DNA from: an uncultured Methanomicrobiales archaeon
GTDB lineage: Archaea; Halobacteriota; Methanomicrobia; Methanomicrobiales; Methanospirillaceae
DNA: 64,000 bases
Reading direction: 5' to 3'
Assembly (NCBI GenBank): GCA_963697895.1
Contig: OY969100.1
Location: forward strand, 1,312,001-1,376,000
Under the pieces are notes generated by a model. That model did not search any database, had not been told where the DNA came from, and saw only the letters and a list, made by a program, of their open reading frames with translations. Positions 1-9,308 of the stretch are shown here, in pieces. The position numbers and the translations under genes are program-made. Position 1 is the first letter of the stretch. Every line of letters begins with the position of its first letter.

Positions 1-1
1 G

Positions 2-3000
2 AAGGCTGCAACATCTGACCTTGTATATCACGGTTCTTTGTCAACCAGTCAGGGAGCGGCATCTGATGCCGGTGAGGCGTCAGCCGTTCAGACACAGAGT
101 ACGCTGAGTGGTTCGAAAGCTTCAGCCACGAGTGTAGCGACCGATTCGAAAGGGAATACCGCAAAAACCAATGACACGGTCATTTCAGGGGTAATCGGAA
201 CTACCCAGAGTGCTACGGCAAGTGCCGGAAACACTGCCTCTGCCGGACAAATATCCGTGATCGCGGGTTCATCTGGTACGGCTTCGAGTGAAGCGACCGA
301 TTCGAAAGGGAATACCGCAAAAACCAATGACACGGTCATTTTAGGAGAGATCGGAACTGCACAGGGGGCCAGTGCAAGTTCCGGTAACACCGTTTCCGCC
401 GGACAAATTTCAGAGATCGCAGGTGCATTCGGTACGGCTTCGAGTGAAGCGACCGATTTGAACGGAAATACTGCGAATACCAAAGACCTCGTTGTTTTGG
501 GAGGAATTGGAACCGCACAGGGAGCCACAGCAAGCACCGGTAATACTGCATCCGCCGGACAGATCTCAACAATTGTTGGTGCCTTTGGTGCGGCATCGAG
601 TGAGGCGTCCGATTCCATCGGGAATACAATAAATACCAGTGACCTCGTCGTTCTGGGAATCATCGGAACTGCACAGGGCGCACATGCGAGTTCCGGTAAC
701 ACCGTTTCCGCAGAAAAAATCTCCACGATCACGGGTGTATCTGGTTCAACTTCAACTGGAATAACCGATTCCAACGGGAATAATGCAATAGTCGGTGCGA
801 GTTTCGTGCTAGGTGGCCTCGATATCAAGCAGCAGGCCGATACCAGTGGAGGTGTTTATGCGGTACAGACCGGTTCAATGAGTGCGATTCTTGGAAACAC
901 CTGGGGTAGTGCTACTTCAACCGGCGCTGAAAATTCATGGACGAACGCAGACATCGTTGTCGGCACCATGGCCTTTGACAACTATGCGAATGCCAATGGC
1001 ATCACCGCGGCAGGCCAGACCCTGAATATTCTTGGACTTGCCGGGAATGCTTCAGCAGGTTCCAACGACCAGAAGGGGAACGTCACCGCGGAGGGATCAG
1101 GGATCATCCTCGGTGCCTTGAATGTGACCCAGCTGGTCAACACCAGTGGAAGTGCACATGCAGTCCAGAGCGGCACCCTGAGTGCAGCTCTGGGGAACAC
1201 CTGGGGCAGTGCAATAACAACCGGTGATGAAAATTCATGGACGAACGCAGACGTCGTTGTCGGCACCATGGCCTTTGACAACTATGCGAATGCCAATGGC
1301 ATCACCGCGGCAGGCCAGACCCTGAATATTCTTGGACTTGCCGGGAATGCTTCAGCAGGTTCCAACGACCAGAAGGGGAACGTCACCGCGGAGGGATCAG
1401 GGATCATCCTTGGAAGCCTGAATGTGACCCAGCTGGTCAACACCAGTGGAAGTGCACATGCAGTCCAGAGCGGCACCCTGAGTGCAGCTCTGGGGAACAC
1501 CTGGGGCAGTGCAATAACAACCGGTGATGAAAATTCATGGACGAACGCAGACGTCGTTGTCGGCACCATGACCTTTGACAACTATGCGAATGCCGATGGC
1601 ATAACTGATGCAGGCCAGACCCTGAATATTCTTGGACTTGCCGGGAATGCTTCAGCAGGTTCCAACGACCAGAAGGGGAACGTCACCGCGGAGGGATCAG
1701 GGATCATCCTTGGAAGCCTGAATGTGACCCAGCTGGTCAACACCAGTGGAAGTGCACATGCAGTCCAGAGCGGCACCCTGAGTGCAGCTCTGGGGAACAC
1801 CTGCGGCAGTGCAATAACAACCGGTGATGAAAATTCATGGACGAACGCAGACGTCGTTGTCGGCACAATGACCTTTGATAACTATGCGAATGCCGAGGGC
1901 ATAACTGATGCAGGCCAGACCCTGAATATTCTTGGACTTGCCGGGAATGCTTCAGCAGGTTCCAACGACCAGAAGGGGAACGTCACCGCGGAGGGATCAG
2001 GGATCATCCTCGGAAGTCTGAATGTGACCCAGCTGGTCAACACCAGTGGAAGTGCACATGCAGTCCAGAGCGGCACCCTGAGTGCAGCTCTGGGGAACAC
2101 CTGCGGCAGTGCAATAACAACCGGTGATGAAAGTTCATGGACGAACGCAGACGTCGTTGTCGGCAACATGACCTTTGACAACTATGCGAATGCCGAGGGC
2201 ATAACTGATGCAGGCCAGACCCTGAATATTCTTGGACTTGCCGGGAATGCTTCAGCAGGTTCCAACGACCAGAAGGGGAACGTCACCGCGGAGGGATCAG
2301 GGATCATCCTCGGAAGCCTGAATGTGACCCAGCTGGTCAACACCAGTGGAAGTGCACATGCAGTCCAGAGCGGCACACTGAGTGCAGCTCTGGGGAACAC
2401 CTGGGGCAATGCCACAACCGGTGAGGAGAACTCATGGACGAATGCGGATGTCGTTATTGGCAACATGACCTTTGACAACTATGCGAATGCCGATGGCATA
2501 ACTGATGCAGGCCAGACCCTGAATATTCTTGGACTTGCCGGGAATGCTTCAGCAGGTTCCAACGACCAGAAGGGGAACGTCACCGCGGAGGGATCAGGGA
2601 TCATCCTCGGAAGTCTGAATGTGACCCAGCTGGTCAACACCAGTGGAAGTGCACATGCAGTCCAGAGCGGCACCCTGAGTGCAGCTCTGGGGAACACCTG
2701 CGGCAGTGCAATAACAACCGGTGATGAAAGTTCATGGACGAACGCAGACGTCGTTGTCGGCAACATGACCTTTGACAACTATGCGAATGCCGAGGGCATA
2801 ACTGATGCAGGCCAGACCCTGAATATTCTTGGACTTGCCGGGAATGCTTCAGCAGGTTCCAACGACCAGAAGGGGAACGTCACCGCGGAGGGATCAGGGA
2901 TCATCCTCGGAAGCCTGAATGTGACCCAGCTGGTCAACACCAGTGGAAGTGCACATGCAGTCCAGAGCGGCACCCTGAGTGCAGCTCTGGGGAACACCTG

Positions 3001-5122
3001 GGGCAATGCCACAACCGGTGAGGAGAACTCATGGACGAATGCGGATGTCATTATTGGCACCATGAACTTTGATAACTACGCGAATGCCGATGGCCACACC
3101 GAAGCAGGCCAGACCCTGAATATTCTTGGACTTGCCGGGAATGCATCCGCCGGTTCGACAGACAGCATAAACACAACGGGGGTGGGTACAGGGTTCTTCA
3201 TCGGCAATCTTGCCATGACCCAGGAGGGCAACACCAGTGCCAGCGCCCATGCGGATCAAAACGGTACACTGTTTGCTGCTCTCGGAAACACATGGGGTGA
3301 GGCAACATCTGGTAACGAACGGTCCTGGACAAATGGAACCGTCCTTATAGGCATAATCACCATGAACGACAACTTCATGACCGCCGATGGCAGCACAAAC
3401 GGAGTCCAGAACCTGAACATCGCCGGACTCAACGGAAGTGCGTCATCTGGCTCCACAGATAGTACAAACAATACCGAAGTAGGAGCGGAGATCGCTGGCG
3501 GAAACCTAACCGCACTTCAGGGAATCGATTGGAGCGGAATAACTTTCACAGATATCCCCGGTCTTATTACCCAAATTGTCAGTAATATTGGCGGCGGCTA
3601 CCTTGAGATGAACCAGCAGGCGGATACCAGCGCCAGTGCTCACGCGAAGCAGAACGGCACGGTTCTGGCCCTTAGCGATGGCGGTACCTGGGGTAATGCA
3701 ACTTCCGGACCTGATGAGCAGTCCTGGACGGCTGCAAATGTAACTACCGGCATCATCGTGCTGAACAGCAATAATGCATCTGCCGGTGCCAGCACCTCTG
3801 CAGACCAGAATGCGTTTGTTATAGGGCTCCAAGGCGACACCTCCGTCGGCTCTGTAGATGGCACGAATAGCGTAGAAGTTGGCGCGAAGTTTGACGGTGG
3901 CGGAAACGCTACGAGCCTTAATCTTGACGGCCTCACTAACCTCATTGAAAATCCCAGCCTGGCAAACCTTACTGCATGGATTGGTGGAATTGGCAATATC
4001 GGGGTCGGTTATCTCAGCATCAGCCAGCAGGCGGATACGATCGCAAGTGCAAATGCGCAGCAGGCAGGCACACCCGGACTGGGAATCCTGCCCAGTGGCG
4101 TCTATGTTGCCAATGCGAACGGAAGCACCTGGGGCAATGCATCCGCCGGTTCAGACCAGTCCTGGACAAATACTACTGTTGCTTCAAACAATCTGCTGGT
4201 ACCGGGCATTGTTACGATATACAGCAACCAAGTGCACGCAGATGATGCCGAGACGAATGCCAGCCAGAATGTCAAAAGTGGGGGTTTGTTGTTGTCACCG
4301 CCAGCGGGAAGTGCATCGGCAGGCTCAACTGATGGTACAAGCACGGTCACGCTTGGAGCGAAGTTTACCAACGGTACTCTTACAATGGACCAGCGAACAA
4401 ATACCGGTTCCAGTGCATATGCGAATCAGAGCGGTTCGGTCACTGCGTATAATGCACCCGGGAGTACCTGGAGCGAGGCAATATCCGGAAATAACCGGTC
4501 GTGGACAACGGCTGATGCGAATTCAACCCTTCTCGGCGGAATTATAACAGTCAACAGCAACCGCGTGTATGCAGGGGATCTCGGAACGAATGCCAGCCAG
4601 AGTATCAATATTGCAGGACCAGTACTCATAGTTACAACCAACGCCGCAAATGGCAGTGCATGGATTGGATCCGAGAATGGCACGAATTATGCCAAGGTTG
4701 GTTCAGGGTTCAACAACGGCCAACTTACCATGAACCAGCAGACGAACACCACCGGCAGCGCTTATGCAAATCAGTCCGGATCAATAAAGTCCTCCGGTAC
4801 GAACCTTGGAGACGCGTGGACTCATACTGAAGCAGGCGATACCAGCGACAGCCGGCTCGTGTATGTGGAAACGAAGGCGAAATCTGGGGTATTCATAGTG
4901 CCACTTGGAGTCACCATTACTACCAACTCCAATGCATATAGCAGCCTTGCCAATACTACGGCTTTTGAATCTAAGCAGCGGACAGGATCCTCGGCATCGA
5001 GCACCACCTACGCCTTTGCTCAAAACATAACTGGACCATTGCCCATTGCCACCAATAACAATGCAAATACCAATGCCCTGGCCTGGGCATCCCTGACAAA
5101 TAAGAAAGTTCAAATTACTTAA
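2..5122 (+). CDS. Giant repetitive Gly/Ser/Thr/Ala/Asn-rich cell-surface or extracellular protein, 5'-truncated by the window edge
   Basis: The frame is open from nt 2 (KAATSDLVYHGSLSTS...), so TTG at 38 is probably not the true start. More than 1690 aa of ~50-aa repeats with many N-x-S/T sequons; followed by a T-run. Confidence 0.85.
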   Translation, partial: KAATSDLVYHGSLSTSQGAASDAGEASAVQTQSTLSGSKASATSVATDSKGNTAKTNDTVISGVIGTTQSATASAGNTASAGQISVIAGSSGTASSEATDSKGNTAKTNDTVILGEIGTAQGASASSGNTVSAGQISEIAGAFGTASSEATDLNGNTANTKDLVVLGGIGTAQGATASTGNTASAGQISTIVGAFGAASSEASDSIGNTINTSDLVVLGIIGTAQGAHASSGNTVSAEKISTITGVSGSTSTGITDSNGNNAIVGASFVLGGLDIKQQADTSGGVYAVQTGSMSAILGNTWGSATSTGAENSWTNADIVVGTMAFDNYANANGITAAGQTLNILGLAGNASAGSNDQKGNVTAEGSGIILGALNVTQLVNTSGSAHAVQSGTLSAALGNTWGSAITTGDENSWTNADVVVGTMAFDNYANANGITAAGQTLNILGLAGNASAGSNDQKGNVTAEGSGIILGSLNVTQLVNTSGSAHAVQSGTLSAALGNTWGSAITTGDENSWTNADVVVGTMTFDNYANADGITDAGQTLNILGLAGNASAGSNDQKGNVTAEGSGIILGSLNVTQLVNTSGSAHAVQSGTLSAALGNTCGSAITTGDENSWTNADVVVGTMTFDNYANAEGITDAGQTLNILGLAGNASAGSNDQKGNVTAEGSGIILGSLNVTQLVNTSGSAHAVQSGTLSAALGNTCGSAITTGDESSWTNADVVVGNMTFDNYANAEGITDAGQTLNILGLAGNASAGSNDQKGNVTAEGSGIILGSLNVTQLVNTSGSAHAVQSGTLSAALGNTWGNATTGEENSWTNADVVIGNMTFDNYANADGITDAGQTLNILGLAGNASAGSNDQKGNVTAEGSGIILGSLNVTQLVNTSGSAHAVQSGTLSAALGNTCGSAITTGDESSWTNADVVVGNMTFDNYANAEGITDAGQTLNILGLAGNASAGSNDQKGNVTAEGSGIILGSLNVTQLVNTSGSAHAVQSGTLSAALGNTWGNATTGEENSWTNADVIIGTMNFDNYANADGHTEAGQTLNILGLAGNASAGSTDSINTTGVGTGFFIGNLAMTQEGNTSASAHADQNGTLFAALGNTWGEATSGNERSWTNGTVLIGIITMNDNFMTADGSTNGVQNLNIAGLNGSASSGSTDSTNNTEVGAEIAGGNLTALQGIDWSGITFTDIPGLITQIVSNIGGGYLEMNQQADTSASAHAKQNGTVLALSDGGTWGNATSGPDEQSWTAANVTTGIIVLNSNNASAGASTSADQNAFVIGLQGDTSVGSVDGTNSVEVGAKFDGGGNATSLNLDGLTNLIENPSLANLTAWIGGIGNIGVGYLSISQQADTIASANAQQAGTPGLGILPSGVYVANANGSTWGNASAGSDQSWTNTTVASNNLLVPGIVTIYSNQVHADDAETNASQNVKSGGLLLSPPAGSASAGSTDGTSTVTLGAKFTNGTLTMDQRTNTGSSAYANQSGSVTAYNAPGSTWSEAISGNNRSWTTADANSTLLGGIITVNSNRVYAGDLGTNASQSINIAGPVLIVTTNAANGSAWIGSENGTNYAKVGSGFNNGQLTMNQQTNTTGSAYANQSGSIKSSGTNLGDAWTHTEAGDTSDSRLVYVETKAKSGVFIVPLGVTITTNSNAYSSLANTTAFESKQRTGSSASSTTYAFAQNITGPLPIATNNNANTNALAWASLTNKKVQIT
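125..800 (+). repeat. 156-bp (52-aa) intragenic tandem repeat, ~4-5 diverging copies
   Basis: The GC(T/A)TCGAGTGA(A/G)GCG motif recurs at 281, 437 and 593, with weaker copies near 125 and 749. Confidence 0.85.
929..3150 (+). repeat. 300/297-bp (100/99-aa) near-identical intragenic tandem repeat, ~7 copies
   Basis: The ENSWTNAD-encoding motif lies at 929, 1229, 1529, 1829, 2129, 2426, 2726 and 3023. Confidence 0.97.
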
Positions 5123-5174
5123 TACAGAAACGGACGGGAATTGGGCCGTTAACCGCGGTATAATCCCTCCTCCA

Positions 5175-5183
5175 ATTTTTTTT
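5175..5183 (+). terminator. Putative archaeal oligo-T terminator
   Basis: Run of T about 50 nt after the stop of the giant ORF. Confidence 0.45.
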
Positions 5184-5569
5184 GGTCAAGTTTAGCGTGA
5201 CCAGATTGCAGTAAGGTAATTCCGCTGGTATTCATGTAATCATGAACCGAAGATCTGATAATTCTCCATCGAGTGGTTGTTAATCGTATATGACCCTGAA
5301 CATTACCTCGGTTTTATAGTGATCTCACCTTTTGATAATGTTCGGTTTAATAATCCCCCATCAACGATTGTATCAATGGTGCAATTCCCTCCTTCCATAT
5401 CAGTTTGGGAAAATAATCTGATTGTGCAGTAATCGAATAAGGACAGAGCTCACCACTTTTTATTAATTCACAAATAGGAAATGTAACATTTCAATAAAAG
5501 AGAAAATGGAAGGATATAGTTTGTCCCGGTTATACCAGGTCGATCCCCCCTTCCTTCTTAATTACATTT

Positions 5570-6598
5570 TTACAGTCGTAGCGTTCCTGACTGGTACTGC
5601 ATCGACTTTGCAAATTCACCTATGAACCCGCTCGCGGTCGATGTATCGGAATAGACGAGGTCCCCTGCGACGCCACCCGACTGGTAGATATCGATCGTAC
5701 CGATCTGTTCAGTAAGCGGGATATTCATGAGGAATGTCGTCGATCCCCCTTCCTGGGTATGCACATTCATGGATGCAGTAACCGATCCGACAGCAGGCTG
5801 CTGGTTAACCCCAATCATCCTGATATCGTACCCAAGTGTGACCGGGAAATCAGAAGTTGCTCCTACGTGCCGCTCATTTGCATTGGTGACGTAGGATCCC
5901 TGTTGAATATCCATGGTAGTACCGGCCTGCACAATGTTACAGAATGGTGGGACGAAACTGGGTTCTTCGACCAACTCCGCCGGCGTGTCCCCCTGGGCCG
6001 TTGTCAAGTGGGTTCCTGTGGATGCGGCAGCGAACGGACAGAGCATTGAATCTGCTCCATAATCAATCTGCCCGGCATTGTCGAGGACGATCTTCTCGGT
6101 CGAAGTCATCCGCCCATCGGCTCCACCTTCATATTGGACATTCCGGGTGGTCTGAATATTGTTCTGCCCGACAACCCTATTCGCGGTGTCGACCGTGGAA
6201 GTCTTTCCATAGATCGTGCTGAATCCGTTGTTCTGTTCCGTGCTTTCCGTATGCACGCCAGTTGCCTGTACCTGTCCAGGGGTTGGTTCACCGAGCAGGT
6301 CAAACACTTCCCCGTGGGGAATAAGGAAAAAGCCATCCGCAACGAATCCGGGCCACGGTCCCTCAAGGGGCGGGGTATCCAGTGCACCGACATTCGTGAG
6401 TTTAAATGTCGTCGATTCGTCTTCCTTTAACTGTGAATGGCCGCTTGGATCGTTCGTCACATCGACCGAAACCGTGACCTTGATCCCTTGGGTTTCAAAT
6501 GTTGCTCCCGGGTCTCTATCAGCTGAAGCAATTCCGGCTATATATGTAAATAATACCACGCTTGTAATGAGAATCAATAACATATTCCGTTTCTTCAT
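5570..6598 (-). CDS. Secreted uncharacterised protein (ATFETQGIK/CPFA/FCNIVQ family, paralog 1)
   Basis: Start MKKRNMLL at 6598 with GGAGG upstream; signal peptide; clear similarity to 23630-24485. Confidence 0.85.
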   Translation of the reverse strand: MKKRNMLLILITSVVLFTYIAGIASADRDPGATFETQGIKVTVSVDVTNDPSGHSQLKEDESTTFKLTNVGALDTPPLEGPWPGFVADGFFLIPHGEVFDLLGEPTPGQVQATGVHTESTEQNNGFSTIYGKTSTVDTANRVVGQNNIQTTRNVQYEGGADGRMTSTEKIVLDNAGQIDYGADSMLCPFAAASTGTHLTTAQGDTPAELVEEPSFVPPFCNIVQAGTTMDIQQGSYVTNANERHVGATSDFPVTLGYDIRMIGVNQQPAVGSVTASMNVHTQEGGSTTFLMNIPLTEQIGTIDIYQSGGVAGDLVYSDTSTASGFIGEFAKSMQYQSGTLRL

Positions 6599-6747
6599 CA
6601 CATCCCTCCGAATCGTTGAAACACCCTTCAACATGATGAAATTCGTGATAATGCTTTATATATATTACTCTTTGAAAAGGACGACCCAGGGAAGTTATTA
6701 ATGCGTAAACCGATGAAATAACGGATAATATTCGTTCTTTTTTCTCA

Positions 6748-7809
6748 TCATATCCACCGCTTCCTGTGGAAATAGGTGAGCATGATGACAACAACCCCGA
6801 TCATTACCCCCCAGACGACGTAATACCCGTACTGCCACTGGATCTCAGGCATGTTGCGGAAATTCATGCCGTAAAGGCCGACGATGAAGGTGAGCGGGAT
6901 GAAGATCGTCGCGATGAGCGTGAGCACCTTCATGATCTCGTTCATCTTGTAGCTCAGGCCCGACAGGTAAATATCGATCATCCCCGAAACCATGTCCCGG
7001 AACGTCTCAAGGGTGTCGATCACCTGGATCGTATGGTCATATACATCCCGGAGATAGATGGTGGTCGATTCCTTGATAAGAGAGGATTCGGATCGCTCCA
7101 GGCCCATGATCACCTCCCGGAGCGGCCATACCGATTTCCTGAGGTATATCATATCTTTTTTCAGTCGGTCGATCTTGACGAGGGATTCCCGTGACGGAGT
7201 CGAGACCAGCTCTTCCTCGAGCCCCTCCACCTGGGACTCGAGATGCTCCATCACGACAAAGTAGTTGTCCACGATATCGTCTATCAGGGCATACGCGAGA
7301 TAGTCCGGTCCGAACTTCCGGATGCGCCCTTCCTTACGGATTCGCTCCCGCACCGGGTCGAAGACATCCCCCACATCTTCCTGGAAGGAGAGGAGGTAAT
7401 TCGGCCCGATGATGATGCTCACGTGCTCTATCTTTACCGAGGTGTTCCGGTCCGGCCACTGGAGCATCTTCAGGTTCAGGTAGATGTACCCTTCGAGGTC
7501 TTCCATCTTCGGCCGCTGATCGGTGTTGAGGATCCCTTCGAGTATAAGCGGATGGATATTGTAGCATTTGCCGAGCTCCTCGATGACCGCCGTGTTCGTC
7601 AGGCCGTCGACGTTGATCCAGGTCACCGTTTCAGTGTCGCGGAACGGGTAACATTCCTCTATTTTTGCGACCTGTTTTTCCTGGTAATGCGTCGGGTCGT
7701 AGTCTATGACCGTGATACGCACAGGGCCGTCCTTCAACTCGCCGTTCACCGTAAGAGTGCCGGGCGGCTGTCCTGCCTTTTTTGCGAGGTGATGACGGCG
7801 GCGGGGCAT
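6748..7809 (-). CDS. corA: Magnesium/cobalt transporter CorA
   Basis: GLYGMNF signature, MPEI loop and two C-terminal TM helices; N-terminal GQPPGTL; 353 aa. Confidence 0.95.
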   Translation of the reverse strand: MPRRRHHLAKKAGQPPGTLTVNGELKDGPVRITVIDYDPTHYQEKQVAKIEECYPFRDTETVTWINVDGLTNTAVIEELGKCYNIHPLILEGILNTDQRPKMEDLEGYIYLNLKMLQWPDRNTSVKIEHVSIIIGPNYLLSFQEDVGDVFDPVRERIRKEGRIRKFGPDYLAYALIDDIVDNYFVVMEHLESQVEGLEEELVSTPSRESLVKIDRLKKDMIYLRKSVWPLREVIMGLERSESSLIKESTTIYLRDVYDHTIQVIDTLETFRDMVSGMIDIYLSGLSYKMNEIMKVLTLIATIFIPLTFIVGLYGMNFRNMPEIQWQYGYYVVWGVMIGVVVIMLTYFHRKRWI

Positions 7810-8011
7810 AATTCCTCAATTCACTGAATACAGGTAGAACCGTGCGGTGGATAAGGATTTGGGAGATGAGACTTCATTCTGCAGGTCACCCATCAGCAGA
7901 GGCGATCAAAGGATCGTCCCGGGCGTAAGTGCATCATAATAGGGAATCGAGGTACGAACAACAGAGAACCTTTACCGGAAACCTGCATATATATGAGAAA
8001 GGTTTGCTGAT

Positions 8012-8836
8012 ATGAGCCCCCGGAACCCTCATAGTCGGGAATACGTGCACGGTCATTCGGCACGGGAATCCGAGCGCCTGGGAGATCAGGCGAGCACCCT
8101 CGAATCACTGCTCCATGACGGAACGAGGTATCCGCCAGGGTGCATGGTGCTCGAGGCAGCCTGCGGTGTCGGGGCCCAGACCGTTATTCTTGCAACAAAC
8201 AACCCGGAGACAGCGTTCACCTCTATCGACATCTCGGCGTCCTCACTCGAACAGGCGAAAGAACGCCTATCACGGGAAGGATGCATGAATGTCCGGTTCG
8301 AACAGGCGGATATCTACCGTCTACCGTTCCCGGGGAAGACCTTTGACCATGTCTTTGTATGTTTTTTACTCGAGCATCTGCCTGATCCCGTTCTCGCACT
8401 GGACCTCCTGAAAGAAGTGCTTAAACCCGGCGGTTCCATCACGGTCATAGAAGGGGACCACGGGTCTGCATTTTTTCACCCGGATAGCGTGGATGCCCGG
8501 CGGACAATCCAGAGCCTCATCGATATCCAGAAGCAGATGCAGGGGAATGCGCTGATAGGAAGACAACTATATCCCCTGCTGAAGGATGCGGGGTTCGTTG
8601 ATATCCGGGTCTCCCCGCGGACGGCCTATGTCGATGACCGGAGTACTCCGGAGCAGCGTGAAGGATTTAAGAAGACATTTATCCGGATGGTTGAGGGAGT
8701 GCGGGACCAGGTGATAAGGGCAGGCCTGATGGATGAAAAAACCTGGCGAAAGGGGATCCGGGACCTGTACCGGACGGCGGAACCCGGAGGTACGTTCTGC
8801 TACACGTTCTTCAAGGGAACGGCGATAAGAAGTTAA
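8012..8836 (+). CDS. Class I SAM-dependent methyltransferase
   Basis: VLEAACGVG motif I, QADIYRLPF, FDHVFVCFLLEHL, LKPGG. Confidence 0.9.
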   Translation: MSPRNPHSREYVHGHSARESERLGDQASTLESLLHDGTRYPPGCMVLEAACGVGAQTVILATNNPETAFTSIDISASSLEQAKERLSREGCMNVRFEQADIYRLPFPGKTFDHVFVCFLLEHLPDPVLALDLLKEVLKPGGSITVIEGDHGSAFFHPDSVDARRTIQSLIDIQKQMQGNALIGRQLYPLLKDAGFVDIRVSPRTAYVDDRSTPEQREGFKKTFIRMVEGVRDQVIRAGLMDEKTWRKGIRDLYRTAEPGGTFCYTFFKGTAIRS

Positions 8837-9308
8837 TAATTTGTATCTACCTTGAGGGGTCGGATGTTCCGAGTGGTGAAAATACAGAGATCCAAAAGTT
8901 CTACAGAGAAACATGAGATAAAAGAGGGATTTGTTATTTAATGTTTATTCAGTTACGATCCGGATTTATTCCCCCTATTTATTCATCGGTTCGATGAATC
9001 TGCATCCCCGTGATAAATATGGGGATCTGCGTACATGAGTTATCTTTGAGGTTCAGGTTAAAAGCCTTTGAAAAAGTTTATACCTCAATGCGTGGATTGA
9101 ACCCATAGTTGATCCGTCGTTCCAATGCAGTGATTTCAGAAATGGATGGGTCCAGTCATTTCTCCTTACAGGAATGACCAGGATAACATTCTGTGGATCA
9201 ACTACTGTGCGTGAAAATGTACGCCCTGACCCGATGAACATGATCTGATAATGGATGAAGATCGGGAGTGAGCAAACATTCCCGGGCACAATCCGAGGTA
9301 ACAAAAAC

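Noticed and set aside
982-3063. Series of ~99-aa minus-strand ORFs
   Set aside because: Antisense shadows of the 300-bp repeats of the giant + strand gene.
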